DNA of 56,015 bases from an uncultured Candidatus Saccharibacteria bacterium. GTDB lineage: Bacteria > Patescibacteriota > Saccharimonadia > Saccharimonadales > Saccharimonadaceae. Of the stretch, positions 33,350 through 42,590 are shown piece by piece. The number at the start of each line of letters is the position of its first letter. Within the stretch, counting starts at the first letter, position 1. Location of the stretch: positions 1-56,015 of the forward strand of contig CAMKFS010000001.1 of NCBI GenBank assembly GCA_946411935.1, given 5' to 3'. The notes below the pieces were generated by a model. The model was not told where the DNA came from. It did no database searches and saw nothing but the letters and a program-made list of their open reading frames with translations. A program made the translations under genes and the position numbers.

Positions 33350-35737
33350 TTAGTTCCGGAACCAAGTATATCGTCTCGACGTATTGTCGTAATAGAGCGT
33401 GCCGCCTTGATACTTTTGTGAAGAAATTGCACCGCTCGTTGTAGTGTTGCTGAGCGGGAAGCCCATCGCGCCCATTTCGAAATTCTGCTTTGCCCAGTAT
33501 TCGCGAAGCATACCGCGCGATTCATAGAATCCGTATTTGTCGTTTCCGACAATATAGCCGTTCTGGTACTGCTGGAATACAATGCCAGTACTCTTGTTTT
33601 CTGAAATATTGCTGACCGGAAAACCAAGTGGACCATTCTCGAAATTTAGTTTCTCCCAGACTTCGCGGATCTTGCCACTCGATTCATAGAATCCGTATTT
33701 GTCGTTTCCGACAATATAGCCGTTCTGGTACTGCTGGAAGACAATGCCAGAGTATTTATTTTCCAAGATATCGCTAATAGGAAAACCAAGCGGCCCTATC
33801 TCGAACTTTTGCTTTTCCCATACGGTACGGATTTTGCCACGTGATTCGTAAAAACCGTACTTATCATTTCCGACAATATAGCCGTTCTGGTATTGTTGGA
33901 AAATTATACCAGTGTTTTTATTCTCCGAAATATTGCTGACCGGAAAACCAAGCGGACCCATTTCGTATTTCTGTTTCTCCCAAACTTCGCGAATCTTACC
34001 TCTCGACTCGAAGTAGCCAAGTTTATCATTGCCGACAATAAATCCATTCTGGTACTGCTGGAAGACGATGCCGGTGCTCTTGTTTTCTGAAATGTTGCTA
34101 ATCGGGAAGCCGAGTGCGCCACTCTCGAAATTCTGTTTCGACCATACGTCGCGAATCTTACCCCTCGACTCGAAGTAGCCAAGTTCATCATTTCCGACAA
34201 TATAGCCGTTCTGGTATTGCTGGAAAATTATACCAGTGTTTTTATTCTCCGAAATATTGCTGACCGGAAAACCAAGCGGACCCATTTCGTATTTCTGTTT
34301 CTCCCAAACTTCGCGAATCTTACCTCTCGACTCGAAGTAGCCAAGTTTATCATTGCCGACAATAAATCCATTCTGGTACTGCTGGAAGACGATGCCGGTG
34401 CTCTTGTTTTCTGAAATGTTGCTAATCGGGAAGCCAAGTGTACCGCTCTCATAATTCTGCTTCGACCAAACTTCGCGAATCTTTCCGCGCGACTCGTAAT
34501 ATCCGTATTCATCATTGCCGACAATAAATCCATTCTGGTATTGCTGGAAAATTATACCAGTTTGCTTATTCTCGTAAATATCTCCAGTTGGGAAGCCAAG
34601 TGCGCCACTCTCGAAATTCTGTTTCGACCAAACTTCACGAATCTTCCCGCTTGACTCGAAATAGCCCGTACTCTCGCTACCGACGATATAGCCTTTTTCA
34701 TATTGACGGAAATATATACCCGTCGCCGCGTTTTTGCGTGTGCCAGTCAGCTGCTTGCCGAGATGCTCTTCGCCGCCAAGTGCTTCATATTTTGCTTCGA
34801 TCTTCTTTGATGCGGCTGGGGCATGCGTATCGCCAAACCATTCCTGGAAATACATATAAAAGTTACGGTTACCATACGAACCGCAAGCTCCCGCAGTGCC
34901 GGGATAGTTGCGCAGAGCATCATCTGTCGGCGTGTATGGAGTGTAGATATAAAGGGAAGTAGTTGCAACATTTTCTAGATAAACTGCCTTGCGACCGCAA
35001 GCTTGATTTGGTGAATATAATATATAGTTCGTTGCATATGGGCGATAGTTGTAGCTATAAATATGTTCGCGATAATATTTTAGCTGCCATGCCGCCATCT
35101 CGACCTGATTATAAAAGCCGAAATATTTCGTATCGCATGGCGCAGTATCAGGGCATGCGTAGCCCATTACAGTATTATATTCGTCGCGGAGCGGCCAGTT
35201 ATCACCCCAAACATAGCTTTCCTTTTTTAGTAGTACTAATAATACTTGAGGATTAACATCATATTTTTGCGCCGCATTATAAATAATCTGTGCCGCCGAA
35301 ATCATGCCAGGCTCTATGACGTTATTAGAATCATAAAGATTGCGATGTGTGCTTGGATTTTCATAATAATTCTGAACGCAAACATATGGCGGATTATGAT
35401 AGCGATTATTACCGGCAGCTCTCATTTGGCGAGCATATTCTGCACGCGAAGTGTTTGCCGGAACGGCACGACCATTAATATAGCGTCCGCTCCCAACCGC
35501 ACCCGTTCCCCACGTATCGCAAGCTGGCATATAACGGTTCATGTGTGCCTGAATGGCCGCAACGGACATTGTTGTCTTATCGTAGAAGATATCGTCGTCG
35601 ATTATATTACCGGCGTTAAAACTCATCGCCGATATTGCTTCGGATTCAGGAGTGTTCGCGATTGCGAAGCCGAAGAATACCGCCAAGAATGCGAGACTAG
35701 CCGCAATGCTACTGTATTTCAAAGCTCTGTGTTTCAC
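33350..35737 (-). CDS. Secreted cell-wall-associated protein: Cys-rich N-terminal domain + ~9 LGFP repeats
   Basis: Signal peptide. The ~300-aa N-domain contains ISAAQIIYNAAQKYDVNPQVLLVLLKKES (lysozyme-like flavour, uncertain). About nine 54-aa repeats follow, of the form GxxFQQYQNGYIVGNDKxGYFESRGKIREVWxKQxxExGPLGFPxSN. Confidence 0.75.
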   Translation of the reverse strand: MKHRALKYSSIAASLAFLAVFFGFAIANTPESEAISAMSFNAGNIIDDDIFYDKTTMSVAAIQAHMNRYMPACDTWGTGAVGSGRYINGRAVPANTSRAEYARQMRAAGNNRYHNPPYVCVQNYYENPSTHRNLYDSNNVIEPGMISAAQIIYNAAQKYDVNPQVLLVLLKKESYVWGDNWPLRDEYNTVMGYACPDTAPCDTKYFGFYNQVEMAAWQLKYYREHIYSYNYRPYATNYILYSPNQACGRKAVYLENVATTSLYIYTPYTPTDDALRNYPGTAGACGSYGNRNFYMYFQEWFGDTHAPAASKKIEAKYEALGGEEHLGKQLTGTRKNAATGIYFRQYEKGYIVGSESTGYFESSGKIREVWSKQNFESGALGFPTGDIYENKQTGIIFQQYQNGFIVGNDEYGYYESRGKIREVWSKQNYESGTLGFPISNISENKSTGIVFQQYQNGFIVGNDKLGYFESRGKIREVWEKQKYEMGPLGFPVSNISENKNTGIIFQQYQNGYIVGNDELGYFESRGKIRDVWSKQNFESGALGFPISNISENKSTGIVFQQYQNGFIVGNDKLGYFESRGKIREVWEKQKYEMGPLGFPVSNISENKNTGIIFQQYQNGYIVGNDKYGFYESRGKIRTVWEKQKFEIGPLGFPISDILENKYSGIVFQQYQNGYIVGNDKYGFYESSGKIREVWEKLNFENGPLGFPVSNISENKSTGIVFQQYQNGYIVGNDKYGFYESRGMLREYWAKQNFEMGAMGFPLSNTTTSGAISSQKYQGGTLYYDNTSRRYTWFRN
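33353..34810 (-). repeat. In-frame array of ~162-bp (54-aa) LGFP repeat units
   Basis: xLGFP or MGFP recurs 8 times at 54-aa spacing, plus a degenerate first unit. Confidence 0.8.
33863..34435. repeat. Near-perfect 324-bp-period tandem duplication (two-repeat unit)
   Basis: 33863-34111 matches 34187-34435 over 249 bp, with one mismatch seen (33896 T vs 34220 C). Track ORFs 33893-34090 and 34217-34414 translate identically. Confidence 0.85.
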
Positions 35738-36311
35738 TCTCGCCCTCCGATAAATTAGATTTATATTGTATTTTTACGCTCCAGGTTCCACTCGTAAATT
35801 TCGCTTTTTCAAGTTTGACTGCTTCGCAGGAGATATAACTTGCACCGGGGAGAATATTCGAGCTAGCTGTCACTGTTTTGTCGCCGTTCGTGAAGACGAA
35901 AGTACAATTTCCTTCCGGCTCATTAATATTTGGAACTGCGCCACCTGCTTCTATATAATTTCCGTCCTGACTTAGACCGACGAAGCTAACAACCGGCGCG
36001 GCAATGTTTAGCCCAGCATCATTTTTTTCGGTAACTGTTTTTGTGCGCTCGTCTGCGTCAAAACGATCCTTCGCATCATTGCTCGACTGAGCGACTTTTT
36101 CTTCATCCTTCAAATCTTCTTCAGTGCGTAAAATCTCAGAGGCCGTATTTGTATCGTGCACGCTATCATTCTCATCTTTTTCGCGCATGAGCTTCGCAAT
36201 CGTAAGCCCGCCTAATACAATTACTGCCACCAAAATCATAACGATTAATAGGTAGATAATAGTTTTACTTTTGTTTCGTGTTTGTTTTTTCGTTGTTTTT
36301 GCCATAGGCAT
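35709..36311 (-). CDS. Membrane-anchored hypothetical protein
   Basis: 200 aa from ATG 36311, with AGGAG 5 nt upstream. Sequence MPMAKTTKKQTRNKSK + TM helix IIYLLIVMILVAVIVLGGLTI + extracytoplasmic domain. The track's 271-aa version extends through the divergent promoter. Confidence 0.5.
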   Translation of the reverse strand: MPMAKTTKKQTRNKSKTIIYLLIVMILVAVIVLGGLTIAKLMREKDENDSVHDTNTASEILRTEEDLKDEEKVAQSSNDAKDRFDADERTKTVTEKNDAGLNIAAPVVSFVGLSQDGNYIEAGGAVPNINEPEGNCTFVFTNGDKTVTASSNILPGASYISCEAVKLEKAKFTSGTWSVKIQYKSNLSEGESETQSFEIQ

Positions 36312-36374
36312 TTCACTCCTACTTAAATTATACTCATATCTTAGCCTATTTTGCAAGATATAAAAGCATAAGTA

Positions 36375-36383
36375 TGTTATAAT
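36375..36383 (+). promoter_or_regulatory. Extended -10 promoter, TGtTATAAT
   Basis: TATAAT at 36378-36383. The ATG at 36393 is 9 nt downstream with no SD. This is the same geometry as the promoters of 2847 and 9846. Confidence 0.5.
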
Positions 36384-36392
36384 CAAACCAAT

Positions 36393-39300
36393 ATGGCTAG
36401 TGGTGGTAACGACGAGTATTTTCGACCGGATGGTGATTTTGATGATGCTGGTAATACCGGCGTTGAGTCTAACCCCGATGAGGCCTACAACAACTCTTAT
36501 TTTCAGCCCGATGAATTTAACCACCCACTGAGATTGAATGGTCGAGCGGTAAATGACGGCATGGATAATTTCCGCTCAAAAGCCGACTCCGTAAAGGATG
36601 CACTCAAAGGTGCAGAAAAATCCGCCAGCAAAAAGCCAAACATTAACGGCAAAGGTGGCGACAAGAATGCCTCACTTGGCGAAAAAGAGAAGAATGTCGA
36701 CTCCGACAAGGACGACGACAATAGCCAGGCTAGCAAATTTAAAAGTGCCGTCAAGGGCGCTAAGCAGCTCGAACAGGGTAACTATGTTAAGGCCGCCGGC
36801 AACCTTAAAAAAGCCGGCCCAGTTATGGCGATTATCGTGTTACTCGGGATGGCGGCATTTTCGAGCTTCACGGGCCAAATGGCAATGCCGTTTAGCTTCA
36901 TGACGCAAATTCGTGAAAACTTCGACTCGATTTCCGCTTCGCAGAGTATCCGCTCTAAGACATTCCTGAAGTTTCAGACCGGCAAACAAAAGAACATTAA
37001 GTGTATCAAGGCGCACTATTTTCGCGCAGACGAATTCAAGCCGAGCAAGCGCCTAACAAACCGGCTGAGCAAGCAGGGCATCACCTTCGAGGAAGATAGC
37101 GATGGCGTTCGCGTGATGCGCTACAAAAAGAACGCCGATGACCCAGGCCGCATTATTGTGGCCGATGACTCGCAAGCAACCGGCGATAAACTATCATTCC
37201 GGCAACTCTATGACAGCGATCCGGACTTCCGCCACAGCTATGATACCGGCTCCTCGATTTGGCGCACCGCCACGAGCGCTTGGTTCGACTCCTCGATGAA
37301 GCCATTTCTTGAAAAAATCGGCATCAAGAGCCGAAACGCCTTCCATGACTACAAGAGCAATACGGATGACGCTGAAACGAAGTTTAAGGAGACCGTTTCC
37401 GGCAACACCGACTCTGGCGACGGCGGGGAAATGAGCGGCAAAATTACTAGTACAGAAATTGAAGATGAGAATAAGACGACAAAAACATCTTCTGGAACGA
37501 CGGAAGAAACTAAGCGGGTTCGTTCTTCCGTAGAGTCATCTAGCACTATCTCTACGGCGGACGTAGATACTAAAACCGGCGATACTTCGGCGCTCAGGAC
37601 GAAGTTAAAGACCGTTGCCGGCAGTGCCGTTGACGGCTCGACCGCAATTGCGAATTTCTATTGTGCGGCTTCGGATGCGGTCGGTGCAATTACGGCGGTT
37701 GTTGCTGCTTATCAAACGCTCCAAGTTATCCAGCTGGCAAGTACAATGCTGGAGGGAATTCAGAAAGCTCAGACTGACGATGTAACTGAATCGCCAATCC
37801 ACGAGCTCAGCAACTCGCTTACAAAGAAGACCGAGAATACTTATACGGAATATGGCGGCGTCAAAGAAGCAGATGATTCAACTGATGCTGAGCCGACCTT
37901 CGTGGAGGACGAATCGACGAAGGTTGAAGTCACGCGTTCGCGCTCTGCAATGGAGGCAAATGCAGTCGGCGCACTCTATAGTGGCGAGCCAGTTGATTAT
38001 AATGACCCAAGCGTAAAGAGCTTCAATACAAATGAAATGACTGCCAATATGTGGAAAGCCTTTGATAATCCGGGCGTCTTGGGCGCAATTACCGGCAAAA
38101 TATCTAGCATAGCAAGCAATATGAGTGTTTCTGCTACGGCATTTCGTAACTGTACGATTGCGAAGCTCGCCGCCGCCGGTGTCTCGCTCCTAAAAAGCGC
38201 ATGGGATACGGCGACCACAATTGCGAGCTGCATAGCATCCATAACGAACTTCGGCGCCAGCTGCGTAGCTAGTGTCTTTAAAGAGTTAGCTGAAGAGGCT
38301 GTTAAAGCCGCGCTAAAAAGTATTGTTATCTCAGTCGTTGTAAGCTTTGTTATTTCTCATGTTACTAAAGTGCTAATTCGCACGGTTGTTACGGACGTGG
38401 CGGGGGAGGATCTTGGCAATGCCATAGTGGATGGCGCTAATGCCTACATGGGCAGAAATCATCAATATTCCGGTGGCGCTGTTGCAAATAAGGAGAGCCT
38501 CGTAAGCTATTATATTGAGCGGGATAAGGTTCTTGCTGACGAAGCAAGATACGAGCGGGAATCGCGTAGCCCATTTGATGTTACGTCTAAATACACGTTC
38601 TTTGGCAGTCTTGCGACGCAGATGATACCATTAGCCTCAAAGATGACGTCTATTACAAGCGGTCTTGAGGGGGTTGGGGCGGTAATTAACAATGCCTTCT
38701 CATCGCTAATACCGTCATCGTCTGCGGTTTCGGCTGGCATTCGCGCTCAGGCGGATAGCGATCGTACGGCAAAATTAAACCCTAACCTCTACGATATTGG
38801 CGGTGTCGGCGACGCATTTGGTAACCCATATATTATTACTGATACGAAGACGCTCGGTAATCATCCAGCAGATATCGTAAATGATGTTGATTCATTTACG
38901 GCGAACGTGGCGGATGATGACAAGAAAAATCTCCTCGACGTTTCCGAGGAGGACGGGGATAATGTTCCGAAGATTGGTGAAGAAAGTAATTTGGCAAAAT
39001 ATATAAAATTCTGCGGACAAAGGCAGTCGCCATTCGGTATGGGCGACCAGAATGTTGCTAACAGCGTAGATAAAGTTGGCTCTTTTGGCGGGACTGTTGG
39101 CCAAGGGATACTGAATGGAACCCCAGTGTTCGGAGATATTGCGGATATCATGTCGAACGAGACTAAGCTTGAGAATATGGGCTGGATTAGCGGTAAATCT
39201 TGTGTAATCGGCAATGAAGTAACCGATACTGACGATAAGAGTCCTGGATGGGATGAGACGAAGAAATATCAACGCTTCATCGAAGATCAACGTCTCGCGG

Positions 39301-39626
39301 AAGCTGAAGGCATTATAGAAAAATCAGCAGTTTCGGAATTCCTAGCCGATTATTATGAGAAGAATCCGATTGACTACTCTTACGAAGGTATGCTTGCGCG
39401 TTATTCCGGTCTCACAAAAGAGAATGTAATTGCTACGCTCGATATGATGGATGTAATGAATTTTGTTGCAAACTATAAGCCAGCCGATTTATATCCATAT
39501 CCACAGAAGAATAACCAGGAAGAAGAAATAAAGCTTGAAAACGAATATGATATTCAGACTGTCGATATGCTAGCAATGAAGAATATTATCTACGATACGA
39601 ATCGCTACAGAAACTTCGCAGCATGA
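36393..39626 (+). CDS. Large membrane protein of unknown function, paralog B (paralog A at 9846-12635)
   Basis: 1077 aa. Acidic/polar N-terminus, TM helix PVMAIIVLLGMAAFSSF, hydrophobic segments at aa ~590-670, and a C-terminal region collinear with the 929-aa protein. Confidence 0.6.
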   Translation: MASGGNDEYFRPDGDFDDAGNTGVESNPDEAYNNSYFQPDEFNHPLRLNGRAVNDGMDNFRSKADSVKDALKGAEKSASKKPNINGKGGDKNASLGEKEKNVDSDKDDDNSQASKFKSAVKGAKQLEQGNYVKAAGNLKKAGPVMAIIVLLGMAAFSSFTGQMAMPFSFMTQIRENFDSISASQSIRSKTFLKFQTGKQKNIKCIKAHYFRADEFKPSKRLTNRLSKQGITFEEDSDGVRVMRYKKNADDPGRIIVADDSQATGDKLSFRQLYDSDPDFRHSYDTGSSIWRTATSAWFDSSMKPFLEKIGIKSRNAFHDYKSNTDDAETKFKETVSGNTDSGDGGEMSGKITSTEIEDENKTTKTSSGTTEETKRVRSSVESSSTISTADVDTKTGDTSALRTKLKTVAGSAVDGSTAIANFYCAASDAVGAITAVVAAYQTLQVIQLASTMLEGIQKAQTDDVTESPIHELSNSLTKKTENTYTEYGGVKEADDSTDAEPTFVEDESTKVEVTRSRSAMEANAVGALYSGEPVDYNDPSVKSFNTNEMTANMWKAFDNPGVLGAITGKISSIASNMSVSATAFRNCTIAKLAAAGVSLLKSAWDTATTIASCIASITNFGASCVASVFKELAEEAVKAALKSIVISVVVSFVISHVTKVLIRTVVTDVAGEDLGNAIVDGANAYMGRNHQYSGGAVANKESLVSYYIERDKVLADEARYERESRSPFDVTSKYTFFGSLATQMIPLASKMTSITSGLEGVGAVINNAFSSLIPSSSAVSAGIRAQADSDRTAKLNPNLYDIGGVGDAFGNPYIITDTKTLGNHPADIVNDVDSFTANVADDDKKNLLDVSEEDGDNVPKIGEESNLAKYIKFCGQRQSPFGMGDQNVANSVDKVGSFGGTVGQGILNGTPVFGDIADIMSNETKLENMGWISGKSCVIGNEVTDTDDKSPGWDETKKYQRFIEDQRLAEAEGIIEKSAVSEFLADYYEKNPIDYSYEGMLARYSGLTKENVIATLDMMDVMNFVANYKPADLYPYPQKNNQEEEIKLENEYDIQTVDMLAMKNIIYDTNRYRNFAA

Positions 39627-39631
39627 AAAAA

Positions 39632-39654
39632 GGCCACAGAATATGTGGCCTTTT
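39632..39654 (+). terminator. Intrinsic terminator
   Basis: GGCCACA-GAATA-TGTGGCC followed by TTTT. Confidence 0.7.
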
Positions 39655-39687
39655 CTGGTAGACGAGTTTTGCTATTCTAATGTCGTT

Positions 39688-40548
39688 TTATGGTAAATCG
39701 TAACTAGTCCACCATCCGTTCTCTTCTCCTGGATGTGTTTTTGACGAATCCAGGCAATACATAGGATTACCCTTATCTGGATTGTTGCTAACGAATGTCA
39801 GCAAATATGCAATCATAATAGCATCGTCCTTTGAAAGAGCGGTGCTTGTGCCGTCATAGATATACTGACTTTCTGAATAGTGCATGCCGAAGTTTAACTC
39901 TATATTGCTTTTTTCCGTATGCGCCGGTCCAGCCTCGAAGTAATTTTTATCAGGTTCTGAAGGAGGCGAGAACCATAATTCGCAGGATTTTATCTGGCAT
40001 ATATAAGAGTTTTCCCAAGCATCAGCAAAATTACACTCTTCTTCGTATGGGGATTCGAGCTCGAAGTATGTGTAGTAATCGCCGCAATCATAATAATAAT
40101 AAGTATTATCATCTCGCTCATATGCTACCCAGTTGTTTTCCTCAGCTATTTTCCATGCTGTGAAAAACTGAACTCCGTCTACAGTTACGATATAGTCATC
40201 AATATCGAACGGCAAAGCAACTTCTATACCATCATAGATAGTATAGCTGTAGCTACCATTGTTAACTGCTGGTGTCTCAGCCTCGGTTGTCTCTTCAGTA
40301 GTCTCAGCCTCAGTAGTTGCGTCTGGAAGCACTGCTCCATCGTCAATTTTCTGATTTGCTTCGTCTACTGTAAGCTTTTCCTCAGCCTCAGTGCTGTACT
40401 CTTCGGTTGTAATCTTTGATTCGTGAGAATCGTTATCTGATCCACAACCTACAAGTGTTAACAGTGACATTAATAAACATAAACTTGCTACCTTCTTTAT
40501 TCCAGAGATAGCAAACATATTTGACTTCTTCATCATGGCGTCCACCAT
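39688..40548 (-). CDS. Putative lipoprotein
   Basis: Lipobox LLTLVGCGS after a hydrophobic signal, an acidic Thr/Glu-rich linker, and a Tyr/Cys-rich C-terminal domain. The exact start is ambiguous (MVDAMMKK). Confidence 0.55.
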   Translation of the reverse strand: MVDAMMKKSNMFAISGIKKVASLCLLMSLLTLVGCGSDNDSHESKITTEEYSTEAEEKLTVDEANQKIDDGAVLPDATTEAETTEETTEAETPAVNNGSYSYTIYDGIEVALPFDIDDYIVTVDGVQFFTAWKIAEENNWVAYERDDNTYYYYDCGDYYTYFELESPYEEECNFADAWENSYICQIKSCELWFSPPSEPDKNYFEAGPAHTEKSNIELNFGMHYSESQYIYDGTSTALSKDDAIMIAYLLTFVSNNPDKGNPMYCLDSSKTHPGEENGWWTSYDLP

Positions 40549-40694
40549 CCTTTCTTATTTTTTGAAATCAAACAAAAAACTTCGCTTTTCTCTAGAATTT
40601 TATAAATGAACTAGTAGCAAAGTTTCCACTTAGTTACTTGTTATAATTATAGCACACCTAGCGCAATATGTCAAGATAATGTATAGTAATAGAT

Positions 40695-41630
40695 ATGAAT
40701 TTTTGGTCTAAGTTTGAGCAAGGCTTCACCTGTCTCGCCCCTATGGAGGGCGTTACGGACATTGCTTTTCGCCAAGTTATCGCAAAAGCTGCGCGTCCGG
40801 ATATATTTTTTACGGAATTTACGAATGTTAATAGCTACTCTAGCGAGAAGGGTCGTCCGAATGCGCTCGAGCGTTTGCAATTCGAGCCCGCAGAGCGCCC
40901 AATTGTCGCTCAGATTTGGGGTAAAAATCCCGAAATGTTCGCCGAGACGGTTGCTGCTGTCCGCGATCTCGGTTACGAAGCGGTCGATATTAATATGGGT
41001 TGTCCAGATCGTCATGTTGTTGCTACTGGCGGTGGCTCTGGCCTTATTCGTACGCCTGACCTCGCGGTTGAGATTCTACGTGCTGCTCAAAGAGTCGAGG
41101 GTATTACCGTGTCTGTAAAGACTCGCCTCGGCTATACGCGCATGGACGAATGGCGCCCTTGGCTGAGCACGCTTCTCAATGAGCATCCAGCTGCCCTTAC
41201 GATTCATCTTCGCACCAAAAAGGAGATGTCTAAAGTTGACGCGCACTATGAGCTTGTCCCGGAAATCGTTGCTTTAAAAAATGAACTCTCGCCAGAAACA
41301 AAGCTAATTATCAATGGTGATATTAAGTCCGCTGCCGAGGCGAAGAAATTTGTCGAGCAGGGAGCTGATGGTATTATGATTGGTCGCGGCGTTTTCCAGA
41401 ATCCATTCTGTTTTGAAAAAGAGCCAAAAGAGCACACTAGGGAAGAGCTACTCGATCTTATGCGTTACCATCTCGACCTCTATGAAAAATACAATCTTCA
41501 GCCATATGATCCGCTCAAGCATTTCTACAAGATTTATATCAATAATTTCCCGGGCGCAAGCGATCTTCGCGCCGAATTAATGCAAACGAAAACCATCGCC
41601 GAAGCGCGTGCGATTATCGAGAAACTATGA
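40695..41630 (+). CDS. dus: tRNA-dihydrouridine synthase
   Basis: LAPMEGVTDIAFRQ, DINMGCP and a TIM-barrel-like pattern. TATAGT at 40682-40687 lies 7 nt before the ATG. Confidence 0.85.
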   Translation: MNFWSKFEQGFTCLAPMEGVTDIAFRQVIAKAARPDIFFTEFTNVNSYSSEKGRPNALERLQFEPAERPIVAQIWGKNPEMFAETVAAVRDLGYEAVDINMGCPDRHVVATGGGSGLIRTPDLAVEILRAAQRVEGITVSVKTRLGYTRMDEWRPWLSTLLNEHPAALTIHLRTKKEMSKVDAHYELVPEIVALKNELSPETKLIINGDIKSAAEAKKFVEQGADGIMIGRGVFQNPFCFEKEPKEHTREELLDLMRYHLDLYEKYNLQPYDPLKHFYKIYINNFPGASDLRAELMQTKTIAEARAIIEKL

Positions 41631-42376
41631 GCAAGACTATCGTTCTCATTCACGGCTTGCGCGGCGACCATCACGGCCTCTCTGCATTAGCTTTACAGCT
41701 ACAGCAAAAAGGATACGAAGTAATCAATACGGACCTCCCAGGCTCTGGTGAATGCGCTGAGTTGACGCAGAAAAATCTCGATGGCTACGCCGATTGGCTT
41801 CATGAGAACTTTGGCGATAAAGAGTACTATTTTGTAGCGCATTCGATGGGCTCTATTATTGTTTCGCACTATCTTTCGAAATATCCAAAAGACAAAGTTC
41901 AACGCCGCGTCGTTTTTATTTCTCCAATTTTTCGCACCAAAGCTGGCCAAAAAACCAGCGATATTTTATATGCACTCGCAAGCGGCGCGCTCCATGTTTT
42001 GCCGAAAAAACCGCGCTATAATTTCATGCGCAGCAATCCAGTTTCTTTCTGTATCTCGCACTATCTCACATCTGATAAGTCTAAGCAGAAAGAAATCGAT
42101 CAACTTCACTATAAATACTCGGGGCGTTTTGCCTCTGCTGACAGTCTCCTTGCGGATATGAAGATTTCTATGAAAGAGCAGACTATCTTGCCCGAGAACA
42201 AAGACGTTCTTTATATTATCGGCAGCAAAGACCGCCTCACGAATATCAAGCTCGCGCGCAATCGCGCTGCCGAGCAGAGCGCGCAATTCACCGAAATTGC
42301 GGATACTGGTCACCTTATAAATTATGAGCAGCCGGCTGCTCTTGCTGAAGCAATCGACGAATTTATTAAGAAATAA
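41627..42376 (+). CDS. Alpha/beta-fold hydrolase
   Basis: IVLIHGLRGDHHG, nucleophile elbow AHSMGS and a C-terminal DTGHL. ATGA overlap with dus. Confidence 0.7.
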   Translation: MSKTIVLIHGLRGDHHGLSALALQLQQKGYEVINTDLPGSGECAELTQKNLDGYADWLHENFGDKEYYFVAHSMGSIIVSHYLSKYPKDKVQRRVVFISPIFRTKAGQKTSDILYALASGALHVLPKKPRYNFMRSNPVSFCISHYLTSDKSKQKEIDQLHYKYSGRFASADSLLADMKISMKEQTILPENKDVLYIIGSKDRLTNIKLARNRAAEQSAQFTEIADTGHLINYEQPAALAEAIDEFIKK

Positions 42377-42380
42377 AAAA

Positions 42381-42403
42381 ACACCGCATCGTCTGTGCGG
42401 TGT
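42381..42403 (-). terminator. Intrinsic terminator for a minus-strand transcript
   Basis: The minus strand reads ACACCGCA-CAGACGA-UGCGGUGU followed by UUUUUUAUUU. On the plus strand there is no U tract. Confidence 0.55.
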
Positions 42404-42590
42404 GTCACCCTAAGAGAATAGGGCCGACCACATGGGTTCGTTTCTATTAAATTGTAAAAGGTGCAATCAGAATAAAGCTATTCCGGGCCGCCAAGCCATC
42501 GGTGTGATACACTCGACTGCTACACCGATTGCAGCCGAGGTTAAAGGGCGCCTCGTCCCGGAGGACACTGGTCAGCACCATCGACCGCAA
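42404..42590 (-). ncRNA. Candidate structured RNA or long 3' UTR (class unknown)
   Basis: A ~190-nt gap between the stop at 42591 and the terminator. My hand count for 42481-42580 is 62 G+C in 100 nt. Visible helices: AUCGGUGU/ACACCGAU, GUCC-UCCG-GGAC, CGAGG/CCUCG. The only ORF is 44 aa (42447-42581) and has no SD. Confidence 0.25.

Noticed and set aside
33353-34810. Possible CRISPR array or diversity-generating retroelement target, given the regular DNA repeats
   Set aside because: The repeats are in-frame 162-bp coding units of one long ORF with no unique spacers. No cas genes or reverse transcriptase are in the window, and the single mismatch seen between the two near-identical copies (33896 T vs 34220 C) gives no adenine-specific DGR signature. 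This is ordinary protein repeat expansion.
36312-36524. N-terminal 71-aa extension of the 35709-36524 ORF
   Set aside because: The extension crosses the divergent promoter and overlaps the 5' end of the 1077-aa gene on the other strand. The internal ATG at 36311 has an AGGAG SD and is followed by a basic stretch plus a TM helix.
42404-42590. SRP (4.5S) RNA or fluoride (crcB-type) riboswitch
   Set aside because: On the minus strand, GGUGCUGACCAGUGUCC-UCCG-GGACGAGGCGCC loosely recalls SRP helix 8. However, the conserved GNAR loop and the AGCA/AGG internal-loop residues are absent. GGUC-GAUGGUGCU-GACC plus a hairpin plus GCGCC mimics the crcB pseudoknot layout. It lacks the conserved junction nucleotides as I remember them, and no gene follows it. 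No class is assigned.
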